From Callorhinchus milii (Eukaryota): DNA of 64,000 bases. The position numbers and the translations under genes are program-made. The stretch spans positions 34,722,001 to 34,786,000 of the forward strand of contig NW_024704742.1 of the NCBI RefSeq assembly GCF_018977255.1, read 5' to 3'. The notes beneath the pieces were generated by a model. The model was not told where the DNA came from. It saw only the letters and a program-made list of their open reading frames with translations, and did no database searches. Below, piece after piece: positions 13,528 through 24,896 of the stretch (its first letter is position 1; the number at the start of each line of letters is the position of its first letter).

Positions 13528-16500
13528 TCATCTTCCTCCTATATGGGGAGCGGGAAAGGGAAGTAGACCATGAATAACAGATCAACATATCTCAAGGTAT
13601 TCACCACAAAGAATGGGGGGGAACGGGAAGCAAAAGACAGGGAGAATTAATGCCCTCTTATGATGCCCTCCTCTCGATTCACATGTTAACATGTGAAGAA
13701 AAGCCAATTGAACAAGTTATTGGAAGTCAATCAGTAGCCAGAAAGTAACCAACAAGATGCTATACTTTCTCCAGGGAGAAAACTGAATAATGCTCTGCTT
13801 GTACTCTAAGGGTCAGTAAGATTCAAAACTTGCATCTTGTAAGGTGACACATACTTGCACCATTTCAAAGCTCACTTTTCTTGAATGCAAGGACATTAAA
13901 TATAAATACTGAGAGAGGGAAGAAAGAGAAATCAACATTTATGCAAACCAAGTAAATGTTGGATAAGCTGAAATCTGATTTCATGTTTGAGCAATAGTAA
14001 AAAATACAATAAAAATTTAGACAGTGCTTTTCACCCATGGAGGACACCTCAAAGCATTTAATGCTGTAGGCTGGACACCTGAGCTGGGGGTCAAAGGGTG
14101 GGGAGTGGAAAGATGATCAAAAGCACGATCAAAAAGATAGGTCTCGAGATGAACCTTGAAGGAAACAAGGAAGGTGGTAAACCATAGAAACTCCAGGACG
14201 GAGTTAAGTACAGTTAAAGCTCAGGTGCAGCCAAGCAGTAAGCACTGCGGCTTAAGTGAGGACCTGAGTTAATAGAGCAGCACAACTTCAGCAAAATCAA
14301 TGACTCGTGAATATTTAAGCCAGCAAAACCAAAGGACGGGTTATAGGGGGCTAAACAGGTAGAAAGTTGGTAGAGTGCTGTGTTAGGATCAGTCACAGAA
14401 AGTAAAACAAGAGGTTGAGTACCTTCACGAGCTGCAGAGAGCTGGAAAGTCAGCAGTCAGAGAGTAGCTGAACAAAAACGACAATCACTCAGACTGTGCA
14501 CAAGGAACAAGAGAAAAGCTTATCACCGGGGCCAACAGAAAAATGCTGTAATATTTGCCCAAAAATTGTGGGGAAATTTGGGGGGTTTGCAGGGAGTAGA
14601 TTGGTACTATTGAGGTACATTTTACTGCCAACCTACATTTTTTCACTTTAAAAACTAAACATGAAATAACACATACTGGACTGTTGCAAAAAAATTTGTA
14701 ATTTCTTTAAGAAAAACTGGATGGCCCGTTTGTGTGTGGAGGGGGGGGAAATGGGCAAAGGACACCGGTGAGGCTAAAGGAGCTCACGACCTCCTGCCTC
14801 TCATATCGCTCAGGGTCACGGAGCGCACATAGACAGAAAGAGAAAGACACACTCAGAGAGAGGTACACACACACACACACATTCAGAGACACACACACAT
14901 GTAGAAGAGACATATACAGACACACTCACGGACAACCACAGAGCGAGGGGCACACTCTCACTGACAACCACAGAGCGAGGGGCACAGTCTCACAGACAAC
15001 CACAGAGCGAGGGGCACACTCACACAGACAACCACAGAGCGAGGGGCACACTCTCGCGGACAACCACAGAGCGAGGGGCACACTCTCACTGACAACCACA
15101 GAGCGAGGGGCACAGTCTCACAGACAACCACAGAGCGAGGGGCACACTCTCACTGACAACCACAGAGCGAGGGGCACAGTCTCACAGACAACCACAGAGC
15201 GAGGGGCACAGTCTCACAGACAACCACAGAGCGAGGGGCACACTCTCACAGACAACCACAGAGCGAGGGGCACACTCTCATTGACAACCACAGAGCGAGG
15301 GGCACACTCTCGCGGACAACCACAGAGCGAGGGGCACACTCTCGCGGACAACCACAGAGCGAGGGGCACACTCACAGACAACCACAGAGCGAGGGGCACA
15401 CTCACAGACAACCACAGAGCGAGGGGCACACTCACAGACAACCACAGAACAAGAGACACACTCAACGACAACCACACAGAGAGACATAGACACTCACAAC
15501 AGCAGGGCCTCCGAGTGAAGCCCATGTTCCGTTAGTGCTACATTGCGCATGTGCAGCCAGAGCTGGCCCGCTCATAATGGCGTCAGGTAAACAACGAGAG
15601 GCCCGCCCCGAACTCACTGTGTGTTTACAGAGGCCGGCGGGCCAGAAACAACATTTTTAGCAGGTTTGTAGCGGTGGAGGGTGTTTGTGGTGGATTCTGT
15701 GGTAAAAGCGTGTCTGCACTTTTCTATTGGCCGAGGTTATGAGGCTACAGTGATTATGAACATACAGTACATCTTTTAACACAGTCAGATGTAACGGGCA
15801 TTTTCCAATTACCTCTAAAGCCACGTCCACCACCACCACCTCTGCCTCCTCTGAAACCACCTCCACCTCTGAAACCACCTCCTCTGAAACCACCTCCACC
15901 ACCTCCTCTGAAACCACCTCCCCTTCCTCCTCGGAAACCACCTGCAAGAAAGATACACGCTCATCAGCTTTATCCATTGGAAATTCACAATCGTTGCACA
16001 GCTTCTTACAATATAAAGGGAACTTACCTGCAGCACTTAATGCTTTCAAACGACTACATCCTAACAGTTTGTTTCGAAAACATGTTTCTTATTTATTTCA
16101 GAATAATAAACCATCCCAGGAAAGACAGACAGCATGTATCAGCGGCAACATATCATGTAACTAAACCACCATAGGATGGATGCTAATGTGACAAGTATCG
16201 TAGGCTCCTCTGATGTCTTCTAAATTCAAGTAAATTCAGTGAGTAATCTGAGTGGCAGACACAGGGGTGATCCTAAATTTTGATCACTGGTCTGTGCTGA
16301 ATTACTTCATCTCAACTGCAAAAAGGTTGGGGGTGTTACAATCTACCTCAATGGCTATTAACGGAGAGTAAGGTCAAATCAGGGTTCTCACCACTGATCG
16401 CTATTTAGAGAACTCCCATAGAAAAGCGCAGGTGTGGATGTTGGGCAAGGATAGGTACACAAACGGGAGTCATGGGGAAAGAACCAGTTGCCTGCAGAAC

Positions 16501-19500
16501 TGTGCTCCCACAGAAGGAAAATGAGTCAAAATATCTTCAGGAGAGATGCCAAGGGAGAAAACTATAAGAAAATGTAGTTTCGATAATGTTCTGATTTATA
16601 AATGTTAGCCTTTTATTATTTCCTTTTAAAGCATTCCAGCAAATTCAGCAACATTCATAAACTGGTTTGAGTCAGAATGGTTGGTTTACTAGTTGTACAG
16701 GTTAAAATTTGAACTTGTCTGAAAATTGGGCTGAACCATCAGCCTTTACCACAATCTTTATGAATTAGGTCCACATTAAATGGGTTCTACTTTGGATTGG
16801 TAACCAGGAGAGCAGAATTTGTACAATCACACAAATTGGCCTCAAGATGTTTTGGTGCTGGAGCTGATCCCACCACACATGGGTGTTCAGATTCACATCA
16901 GATGTCACTTCATTGCACACATAAAATCTGGGAAGTTTGAAATTCCTTCACAACAAAACACTTAAGAATTTCCATGGGCCAGACAAGATGACCGATGCTT
17001 CAATATAATGAAATCCTTGCATTTTATATAGCGCCTTTCTCGCTAGGAGGAAGTCTCAAAGCGCTTCACAGAATATACTGTAAAATGTAGTGACTGTGTA
17101 ATTTGTAGGCAAATGAGGGAGCCAATTTGCAAATAATAATGTCCCATAAAGAGATGAAGTGAATGACCAATTTTATTTGGGATCTGTTGGCCAGGACACC
17201 AGGAGAAACTCCCTTCTCTTTTTGAATAATGTTTAACATGCACTTGAACAGCCAGATGGGATTTCAGTTTAACGTCTCATCCGAAGGACGGGAAGCCTGA
17301 ACCCACAACCTCCTGACTCTGAGGCAAGAGTGCTAATGTACTTTGCTTGTGGGAGCAATAGCAAGATGATGACCTGAATAAGTACTTAGAACTTCTTGAC
17401 ATTAGCCTTCAGTGGACACAAACCCCATTTTTGCTACAATTATGGTTTCTTGACAATTTTTGTAGATTTCTGGATTTGCTCAGTACTCTACAAGCCTATA
17501 GCTAACTTTCCAAAAGTCAGTCATTACTCTTTCAGTAAGAAAACTGCTGAAAGAATCTGTTTGTGGGACACTGCTGTGCGACATTGGCTGCCACGTTTTG
17601 CCCACACAATATAGTCAATGCACTTTACAGTGTATTCTGTGAAGCACTTTGTGACATCTTGAAGACGTGATAAAGTGCTATATTAAATGCAAGGTTTATT
17701 ATTATTGTACACCAATTTAATGTCAATGAACAGAACACTCTCTTACCACCCCCTCGTCCTCTGCCTCCAAATCCACCGCGGCCTCCTCGGCCTCCTCTTC
17801 CTCGGCCCTTTTCACCCGCTGGCCGAGGCAAAAATCGCTGAAGTGGCAGTAATTTTGCAGGATCAACATAAAACTGCAAGAAAAGAGATCAACTTGATCA
17901 CAGAAGCTCCTACTCATAGCTAGATATTTTAAAAATAACCTTATTGCGATCCAACAAATTTTACTGAGACAGGCAAATAGAACAACAAGAGATTTATATA
18001 GCTCCCTTTACCTAGCGTTACATCTCAGACATCTTCACAGGGACAGTGTCTCAGCAGAGGAGAAAAGAGGCTGGAGGATCTTTTATATACAATAACACAC
18101 CAGTGTGATCATTGTGTACTTTTTTTTAACATACATAACACTCTATATTAATGTTTTACTCTTTTTAATTTTCATATTCCTTTTTTCAAATGAGTGATTA
18201 GGGTGGACTTAAAGGAATCTCTCGCCCCCCTTCACCCCACTACAATTTCCAGGTTGAATTTTCTCCTGGTTACTTTGGCTTATATTCTCCTCTGCTACAA
18301 ATTGGCTCTAGCGATTGCCTCACATCATATCCAATCATTGTGCCTCTAAAGTGCTTTATGAGACTTCTTTTATATGAAAAGCTCTACAAATGCAAGATAA
18401 TGTTACATTTTACAGGACACTATATCAACTCCACTGTACATGGAGTTTGCTGATGGTATTGTTCATTAAAGGGTTGAGATCATTTTGTTAGTTAATCCAA
18501 GCAGACAATGTGCTGCAAACCCATAATTTATCCACCCTCCAACAGATTAATATTTTCAAAGCAGAGCTTGAATATTCTTGTAGATTTTCCTCACAATCAG
18601 AAAACCTACCTTTTGTAGTTTCTTAAAGGAAGCAGCTTTCATGTTTTCTGATAATTTAACTGAAAAATACTGATCGGTCTTAGTTAAGGAAATAAAATAA
18701 GCCAATCACAGGTGTAACAGTAGCGAGCACTATCCCCCCCATGCAATTGTGACCCAGAATTATTCCCCACCCCAACACTCAAAAGCACCCATTTAATGCA
18801 CCAGTGCAAACTACTTTCACCAGACCTCCTATACATTTCAGGTTTAAAATGACCAAATTAAAGACAGTGCCACTAAAAACAAAGGGATTTGGACTGCTCA
18901 ATAATGCTTCACTTGTTCAGCACTTAAAGGTTATTTTGAACCACGAAACAGAGTTGTAGATGATTAGAACTCCCCCCCCACTCATCCCCTTACAGATTGT
19001 TTCAAAGCAAAAATGTCTAGTTTTAGTGTCAGCATGCAAGGAGAAATTGGTTTCTTTTAAACCCTTTGGATTTTTACTGAAGAAAACACTGTTCAATGTG
19101 CAGAATGTGTCACAAAACTTGGGAGTCCACCTTAACATAAACCCAGGAAAAGATACAAAATCTCTGATCTGTCCAAAGATCTCATCAACTTTCCCAATTT
19201 GTTCCTTGTTCTCCAAGTAAATTGGTGCATTGAAATATGGGATTTTATTTTCTTCCGAGGTACACTTGCAAACAATGTCATCTTCGCAAGGGTGCATGAA
19301 ATGTCCTAGTTCTAAAAAAAAGGCAGTCAAGAGTTAGTCAAAGTATCTCATTAAATCTACACATGTACTGCACCTCAATTTATAACTTCAAAATTTTTCC
19401 ATGAATTTTTGCACTTGGTAAACTGAGGAATGTCAATTCTAGGGAAAAGGTGTGCTTTCCTATTCTTGGGACCTGCATCACAATAAAGTAAGGAACAGTG

Positions 19501-20095
19501 CAGTGAGATTCTGAAAGTCACTTCTATTCTGCCTACGATTTTGTATTTGCTTTTAATCTCAGAAGCCACCACAGAAACCCTGGCAGCTATCCCTGTAACC
19601 TGCACATGGGTGCAAATTACTGATGAAGTTAGGAGCAGTTCTGAGTGAGATCCATGATCACCACAGACTGCAATCGATTCTATTCAACTTGTTCGCATAA
19701 GAGCCTGTCAAGAAATTTCCGTGTGGAGGTGGCATACATATGCCTGGTTTACTCTGTCTGGTTTAGATATTCTTAAATTTGGTGATGGGTTTCCACAGGA
19801 CTACCAAAAAATATATTAAGTAGTCTGATGAAAAGTACAGAAATACTTCGAACTATTTGTATCAGTTATTCCTAGCCCCTGCACTCACATGTATTGGTTG
19901 TTGTATTTAAACTATAAACCATAACGTACCCACTACACTATCTGGTGGTCCCATATCATATCCTCGATTAAAGTTGCCTCCTCGCCCACCACGGCCTCGG
20001 AATCCACCTCCACCTCTACCACCACCAAAGCCTCCTCTTCCACCACCGAAGCCTCCTCCTCTTCCTCCACCACCCCTACCTCCACGGAACGACAT
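13528..20095 (-). CDS. GAR1: H/ACA ribonucleoprotein complex subunit 1, 215 aa
   Basis: Exons join(19930-20095, 19157-19311, 18610-18669, 17747-17873, 15813-15941, 13528-13538), total 648 nt in frame. RGG-rich termini flank the core [17 protein letters not shown]...[25 protein letters not shown]...[14 protein letters not shown]...[15 protein letters not shown]. The last micro-exon (GGR*) is inferred from a strong polypyrimidine acceptor and is less certain. Confidence 0.95.
14931..15480. repeat. 30/32-bp minisatellite (GACAACCACAGAGCGAGGGGCACACTCTCAC...), about 17 copies, in the last GAR1 intron
   Basis: Direct tandem units with near-identical cores. Confidence 0.93.
18670..19156 (-). other. 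GAR1: U12-type (minor spliceosome) GT-AG intron of GAR1
   Basis: 5' splice site GTATCTTTT. Branch sequence TTTCCTTAAC (TCCTTAAC at 18683-18690) lies about 12 nt upstream of CAG, with no polypyrimidine tract between them. Confidence 0.9.
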
Positions 20096-21239
20096 TTTGA
20101 ATAAATTTTCTGAAAGGAATGAAAAAAATGTTATTCAAAGTTCAAACCTGCAACCATAGTGGTGAAAAAGTTCACTCTGATGAAATGAGCAAAGTCGAAT
20201 ATATCTGTGAGACTGTAATTAGTTACTGCAACTGACATTCACCCGCCCAGAGAGCACCCTATCCATATATCTTTTATAGAACTCGCACCTTAATAGTCAA
20301 TTCTGGGTCGAATAGAGAAAATAACTGCACCAGTTCTGATTTGAGCACAGAACGCTCTGCACCAAGGGAGAACAGTTTACGTTGCTTTAACGATTGTTAA
20401 CAGTGTGAAGTGGATGGTTTAACGTTTCTGTAAGGCATTTCTCTCCATTTTGAAAAATGGGAAGCAAAGAAATGGAAAGAGTATTTCCAATAGAAATTAA
20501 ATGGAAATAAGGAAGCTCTGTGGAACTGATGATCAGAGTAAGTGCCTCAAGTTACCATTACAGATTGCATCTTGTATTCAACAGTTGTGTATTCAACAGA
20601 AAGTAAAGCTCAGTTATTTCAATGATCACAATGACCAAACGTATTGAACATCTTACTCGTGCACCTTTTAAAATGACAGAACTACAATCGATGTACCCAA
20701 ACAAATCCAAGTGTTCAGTGAATCTGTGTGTGTGTGTGTGTTACACAAGCTGCTCTGTGTGCGTGTGTTTTACACAAGGTTCTGCGTGTTATACAGGGTC
20801 CCTGTGTGTGTGTTAGTGTGTGTGTTACATTGGGTCCTCTGTGTGTGTCTGTGTTACATAGAGTGCAGTGTGTGTATGGGGTGCTGTGTGTGTGCGTGTC
20901 TGACTGTTACATAGGTGCTCTCGCTCTCTCGGTGAGTGTATATGTTACACAGGGTTCTTTCTGTAATTACGTTACACAGTCTCCCTGTCTGTCTATTAGG
21001 GTGCTACGTGTGAGTGTGTGATACAGTGTGCTCTCTCTATCTGATATTACGGTCTGTTAGTGTGCTGTGAGTGTGCCCCCACCCCCGAGTGTGTGTGTTA
21101 GAGTGCTCTTGTTGTGAGTGTGTGCGTGTGTCAATCTGCTCTCTCTGTGAGTGTGTGGGTTTACAGTGTGCTCTGTGTGTGTCGATGTGCTCGATCTCTC
21201 TCTCTGTGCTCTCTTTGTGAGTGAGTGTTACACATTGTT

Positions 21240-22370
21240 GGGGGTTGGGGTTACAGGGGGCTGTGGGTGTGGGGGGGGGGGTTACAGGGGCTGTGGGTGT
21301 GGGGGGGGGTTACAGGGGGCTGTGTGTGTGGGGGGGTTACAGGGGGCTGTGTGTGTGGGGCTGTGTGGGTGTGTGGGGGTTTACAGGGGGCTGTGGGTGT
21401 GGGGGGAGGTTACAGGGGGCTGTGTGTGTGGGGCTGTGTGGGTGTGTGGGGGGGTGACAGGAGGCTGTGGGTGTGTGGCTGTGTGTGTGGGGGGGTTACA
21501 GGGGGCTGTGGGTGTGTGTGGGCGGGTTACAGGGGGCTGTGGGTGTGTGTGGGCGGGTTACAGGGGGCTGTGTGTGTGGGGCTGTGGGTGTGGGGGGGTT
21601 ACAGGGGGCTGTGGGGCTGTGTGTGGGGCTGTGGGGCTGTGGGGGGTACAGGGGGCTGCGGGGCTGTGGCTGTGGGGCTGTGGCTGTGTGGGTGTGGGGG
21701 GTACAGGGGGCTGTGGGTGTGGGGCTGTGGCTGTGTGGGTGTGGGGGGGTACAGGGGGCTGTGTGTGGGGCTGTGTGTGGGGCTGTGGCTGTGTGGGTGT
21801 GGGGGGTACGGGGGCTGTGGGTGTGGGCTGTGGCTGTGTGGGTGTGGGGGGGTTACAGGGGGTGTGGGGCTGTGTGTGGGGCTGTGTGGCTGTGGGGGGT
21901 ACAGGGGCTGTGGCTGTGGGTGTGGGGGGTACAGGGGGCTGTGGGTGTGGGGCTGTGGGGGGGTACAGGGGGCTGTGGGCTATGGCTGTGTGTGTGGGGG
22001 GGGTACAGGGGGCTGTGTGGGTGTGGGGCTGTGGGTGTGGGGCTGTGGGGGGGTACAGGGGGCTGTGGGGCTATGGCTGTGTGTGTGGGGGGGGTACAGG
22101 GGGCTGTGTGGGTGTGGGGCTGTGGGTGTGGGCTGTGGGGGGTACAGGGGGCTGTGGGGCTATGGCTGTGTGTGTGGGGGGGGTACAGGGGGCTGTGTGG
22201 GTGTGGGGCTGTGGGTGTGGGGCTGTGGGGGGTACAGGGGGCTGTGGGGCTGTGGCTGTGTGGGGGGGTACAGGGGGCTGTGTGGGTGTGGGGCTGTGTG
22301 TGGGGCTGTGGCTGTGTGGGGGGGTACAGGGGGCTGTGGGTGGGGCTGTGGCTGTGGGGCTGTGTGGGGT
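21240..22370. repeat. G/T-rich degenerate tandem repeat (GGGGTACAGGGGGCTGTG...GGGTGTGGGGCTGTG) in GAR1 intron 1
   Basis: About 1.1 kb of low complexity with runs of G4-G10; preceded by (GT)-rich GTTACA repeats at ~20720-21240. Confidence 0.92.
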
Positions 22371-22377
22371 CACTCAC

Positions 22378-22760
22378 CGGTGTCGGGTCACGTGTTCCCC
22401 TGTGGCCGCCTCGTGTCGGGGCCCCGGGGCCGTGGCCGCCGCTCTCACACACAGAGAGAGAGAAATCTCTCACCACCGTCACCCCCTTCTCTCTCTGCTT
22501 CTGTCCGTCCGAGTCTGTATTTAAAATGGCTGCTCCTGCAGCAGCAGCGACATGTCTCTGTGTGTGTGTGTGTGTCAGTCAGTCTCTGTCACACCGCACC
22601 GTCGGCCTCCATTCATCTCCAGGGCCTGGACGGGACCGGAAATGGTTCCGTCACTTCCGCCCTGCGGCGCATGCGCACGGCGCAGTGTTCCGTCAAGCAA
22701 CGTCATCAGCCCCGGGAGGGAGGGAGAGAGAGAGAGAGAGAGGGGGCGGAGCTCGGGGTG
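22378..22760 (-). promoter_or_regulatory. GAR1: CpG-island promoter and non-coding first exon of GAR1
   Basis: CpG-dense. NRF1 GCGCATGCGC 22667-22676, ETS-type CCGGAAAT 22636-22643 and CACTTCCG 22652-22659, GC box ~22742, YY1-like AAAATGGC 22523-22530, E-box CACGTG 22389-22394. Minus-strand donor CGG|GTGAGT at 22378/22377; acceptor at 20109 precedes the ATG. Confidence 0.8.
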
Positions 22761-23329
22761 TGCGCCCTCTACAGGAGAATCGTATGAACTGCAAGGTCAC
22801 CATGTGGTTGTGGGTGTGGGTGGGGGTGTGGGTGTGGGTGGGGGTTGGGGGGGGCAGCAACACACCGAGTTTCGGGGTCACCCCATCACCAATGCTTCGG
22901 AGTATCCAAACCCAACCGAGAATCCCGTGCGTCCCCCCCGACACGTGGACATCCCGGGGATGGATGGCTGGGATACAATGGACTTACCTTCCCGTATGGT
23001 GGGAGGGGAAGAATCATTCCTGGGCAAACTATCGCGTCGCTCCGGGTTTCAAAACGCTATTTTCAGGTCTCCCATCAGATCTCTTGACTACAACAAATGC
23101 AAGGATTATCATTTTTATCATTGTTGTATCATGATAATAATAATAGTAATCCTTGAATTTGATGTAGCATCGTATCACGTCTTTGAGACGTCTCAAGAGT
23201 ACAGGATGTAGTGGGAAAAGTCTCTTAATTGAATACGAAGGGAAAAATAACGAACAAATTACACTTGTGTATCTCCCTCCATGTTGGAAAGACGTCCCAG
23301 ATGCTGGACAGTTAGGGATTTTTGGACCC

Positions 23330-24195
23330 AAGCTGGGAGTTGGGGTCAGGAGAGGTGTAGGGCGGTGGGGTGGGTGGGGGGGAGGGGGGGTTGAAGGGGT
23401 GGTGGGACAGGGAGGGTGACCAAAGGCACGGTCGAAGAGGAAGGTCTTTAGATGGGACATGAAGGAGGCCAGAGGGATTGAGGCAGAGGGATTGGGGGAT
23501 AGAGTTCCAGAGTGTGGGAGCAGAGATGTTGAATGCCCAACTGCCAATGGTGGAGCAGGAAGTTCAGGGGATCTGAAGCAGGCAGGTATCTGCCGAGCGG
23601 AGGGAGTGGACAGGCTGATATGTGGTTAGGAGGTCGGAGAGATAGGGGGGAGCAAGACCAAGGATGGCTTTGATGGTGAACTTCTGAGCTGCCATCAGGA
23701 AAGATATATTGGCCTTGGAGGGGTACAATGCAGATTCACAAGAATGATACGGGGGTGAAGGGGTTAACTTATGGGGCTGGGTTGTATAAACTTGTTTGTA
23801 TTCCCTGAAGTTCAGAAGGTTGTTGGGTGATTTAATTGAGATGTTTAAAATGATAAAGGGACTTGATAGGGTATATAGAGAGAAACTTTCCTCTGGTGGA
23901 AGAACCTAGAACAAGGGGGCGTCATCTTAAAATTAGAGCTTGGCCAGTTAGCAGTGAAACCAGGGAACATTTCTTCATATAGAGGGTTGTGGAAATCTGG
24001 AAGTCTCTCCCCCAAACGGTTGTGTATGCTCGATCAATTGGAATTTTCAAGACTGAGATCGATAAATATTAGGTGGGGGTATCAAGGGATAAGGAGAAAA
24101 GGCTGGTAAATGGAGGTGAGATGCAGATCACCCATGATCTAATAGAATGATGGAACAGGTTCGAGAGGCTGAATGCTCTGCTTCTTTTCCTATGA
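23330..24195. mobile_element. L2 3' fragment (minus, ~23330-23680) abutting a CR1 3' fragment (plus, ~23690-24195)
   Basis: LKTFLFDRAFG on the minus strand; the CR1 portion matches the 3' end of the 47.2-48 kb element. Confidence 0.75.
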
Positions 24196-24896
24196 TCAGT
24201 AGTTGCCAACAAATAAATATTTGCTTCTTGAAAAACACAACTTTCTGTTGAATAGCCTCTGCCTGGAAGTCAGCAGAATGCAAAGATAAAAAATTATACA
24301 GCTATCAGAAAAGGAGCTTGGCGAGAGACAAAAAAAAAGCAAATGCAGTTTTTTTTTAAGTATTACTTGGTAAGGTATTTTTGGTACTCAGAAATAGTGC
24401 AAACTTTGAGGGAATTTTCATGATTCGTTTTATACTCATACTGCCTTTTAGGCAACAATATTCTGTGTGGCTTTCCTCACGTCGACAATGAAACCACAGT
24501 GCAATAACGCAAGAGTCAGCCTGACATATACTATACTGACCACAGACCGAATCCAACAAGATTCTATAATAGTCTACGTGGGAGGCCCGAGGCAATTGCA
24601 GGCTGAGGGACTGGAGGCAGAATCTACTGGGAAGACTGGAACTCAGAGTGATCTCATGAGCAGTAACATGTTGAAGTGTCACCATGACAATAACTGATAC
24701 AGTTTTCTCCCTGAAAGCAAGTGGCCATTGGCAGGTGTATCACAGTTGAGGTAGAGGATAGGGTTGCACAGGAGCAGAGAGGACATTTGAGGCACATGAA
24801 TTCACAACAGATAACAGACAGGACTTGCAGGGGGTCTAATGCAATAAAATGAGCTATTTGGGATGGCAGAAGTTTCCAGACAGTGAGCCTCAGCAT

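Noticed and set aside
13647..13672. Alternative GAR1 last exon ending RGH*, like the human protein
   Set aside because: Would need a GAG acceptor without a polypyrimidine tract; the 13538 acceptor is much stronger.
14732..15535. 267-aa repetitive ORF and CRISPR-like appearance of the array
   Set aside because: Head-to-tail minisatellite without unique spacers, in a eukaryotic intron, with no cas genes.
19380..20400. Intronic H/ACA or C/D snoRNAs in GAR1
   Set aside because: Some hairpins and isolated box-like words exist, but no convincing hairpin-H-hairpin-ACA or C/D terminal-stem layout on the sense strand. An Infernal/Rfam scan would be needed.
21151..23134. Long 450-555 aa Gly/Val/Cys-rich ORFs
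   Set aside because: Open in all three plus frames because the G/T repeat lacks stop codons; antisense to GAR1 intron 1; not a credible protein.
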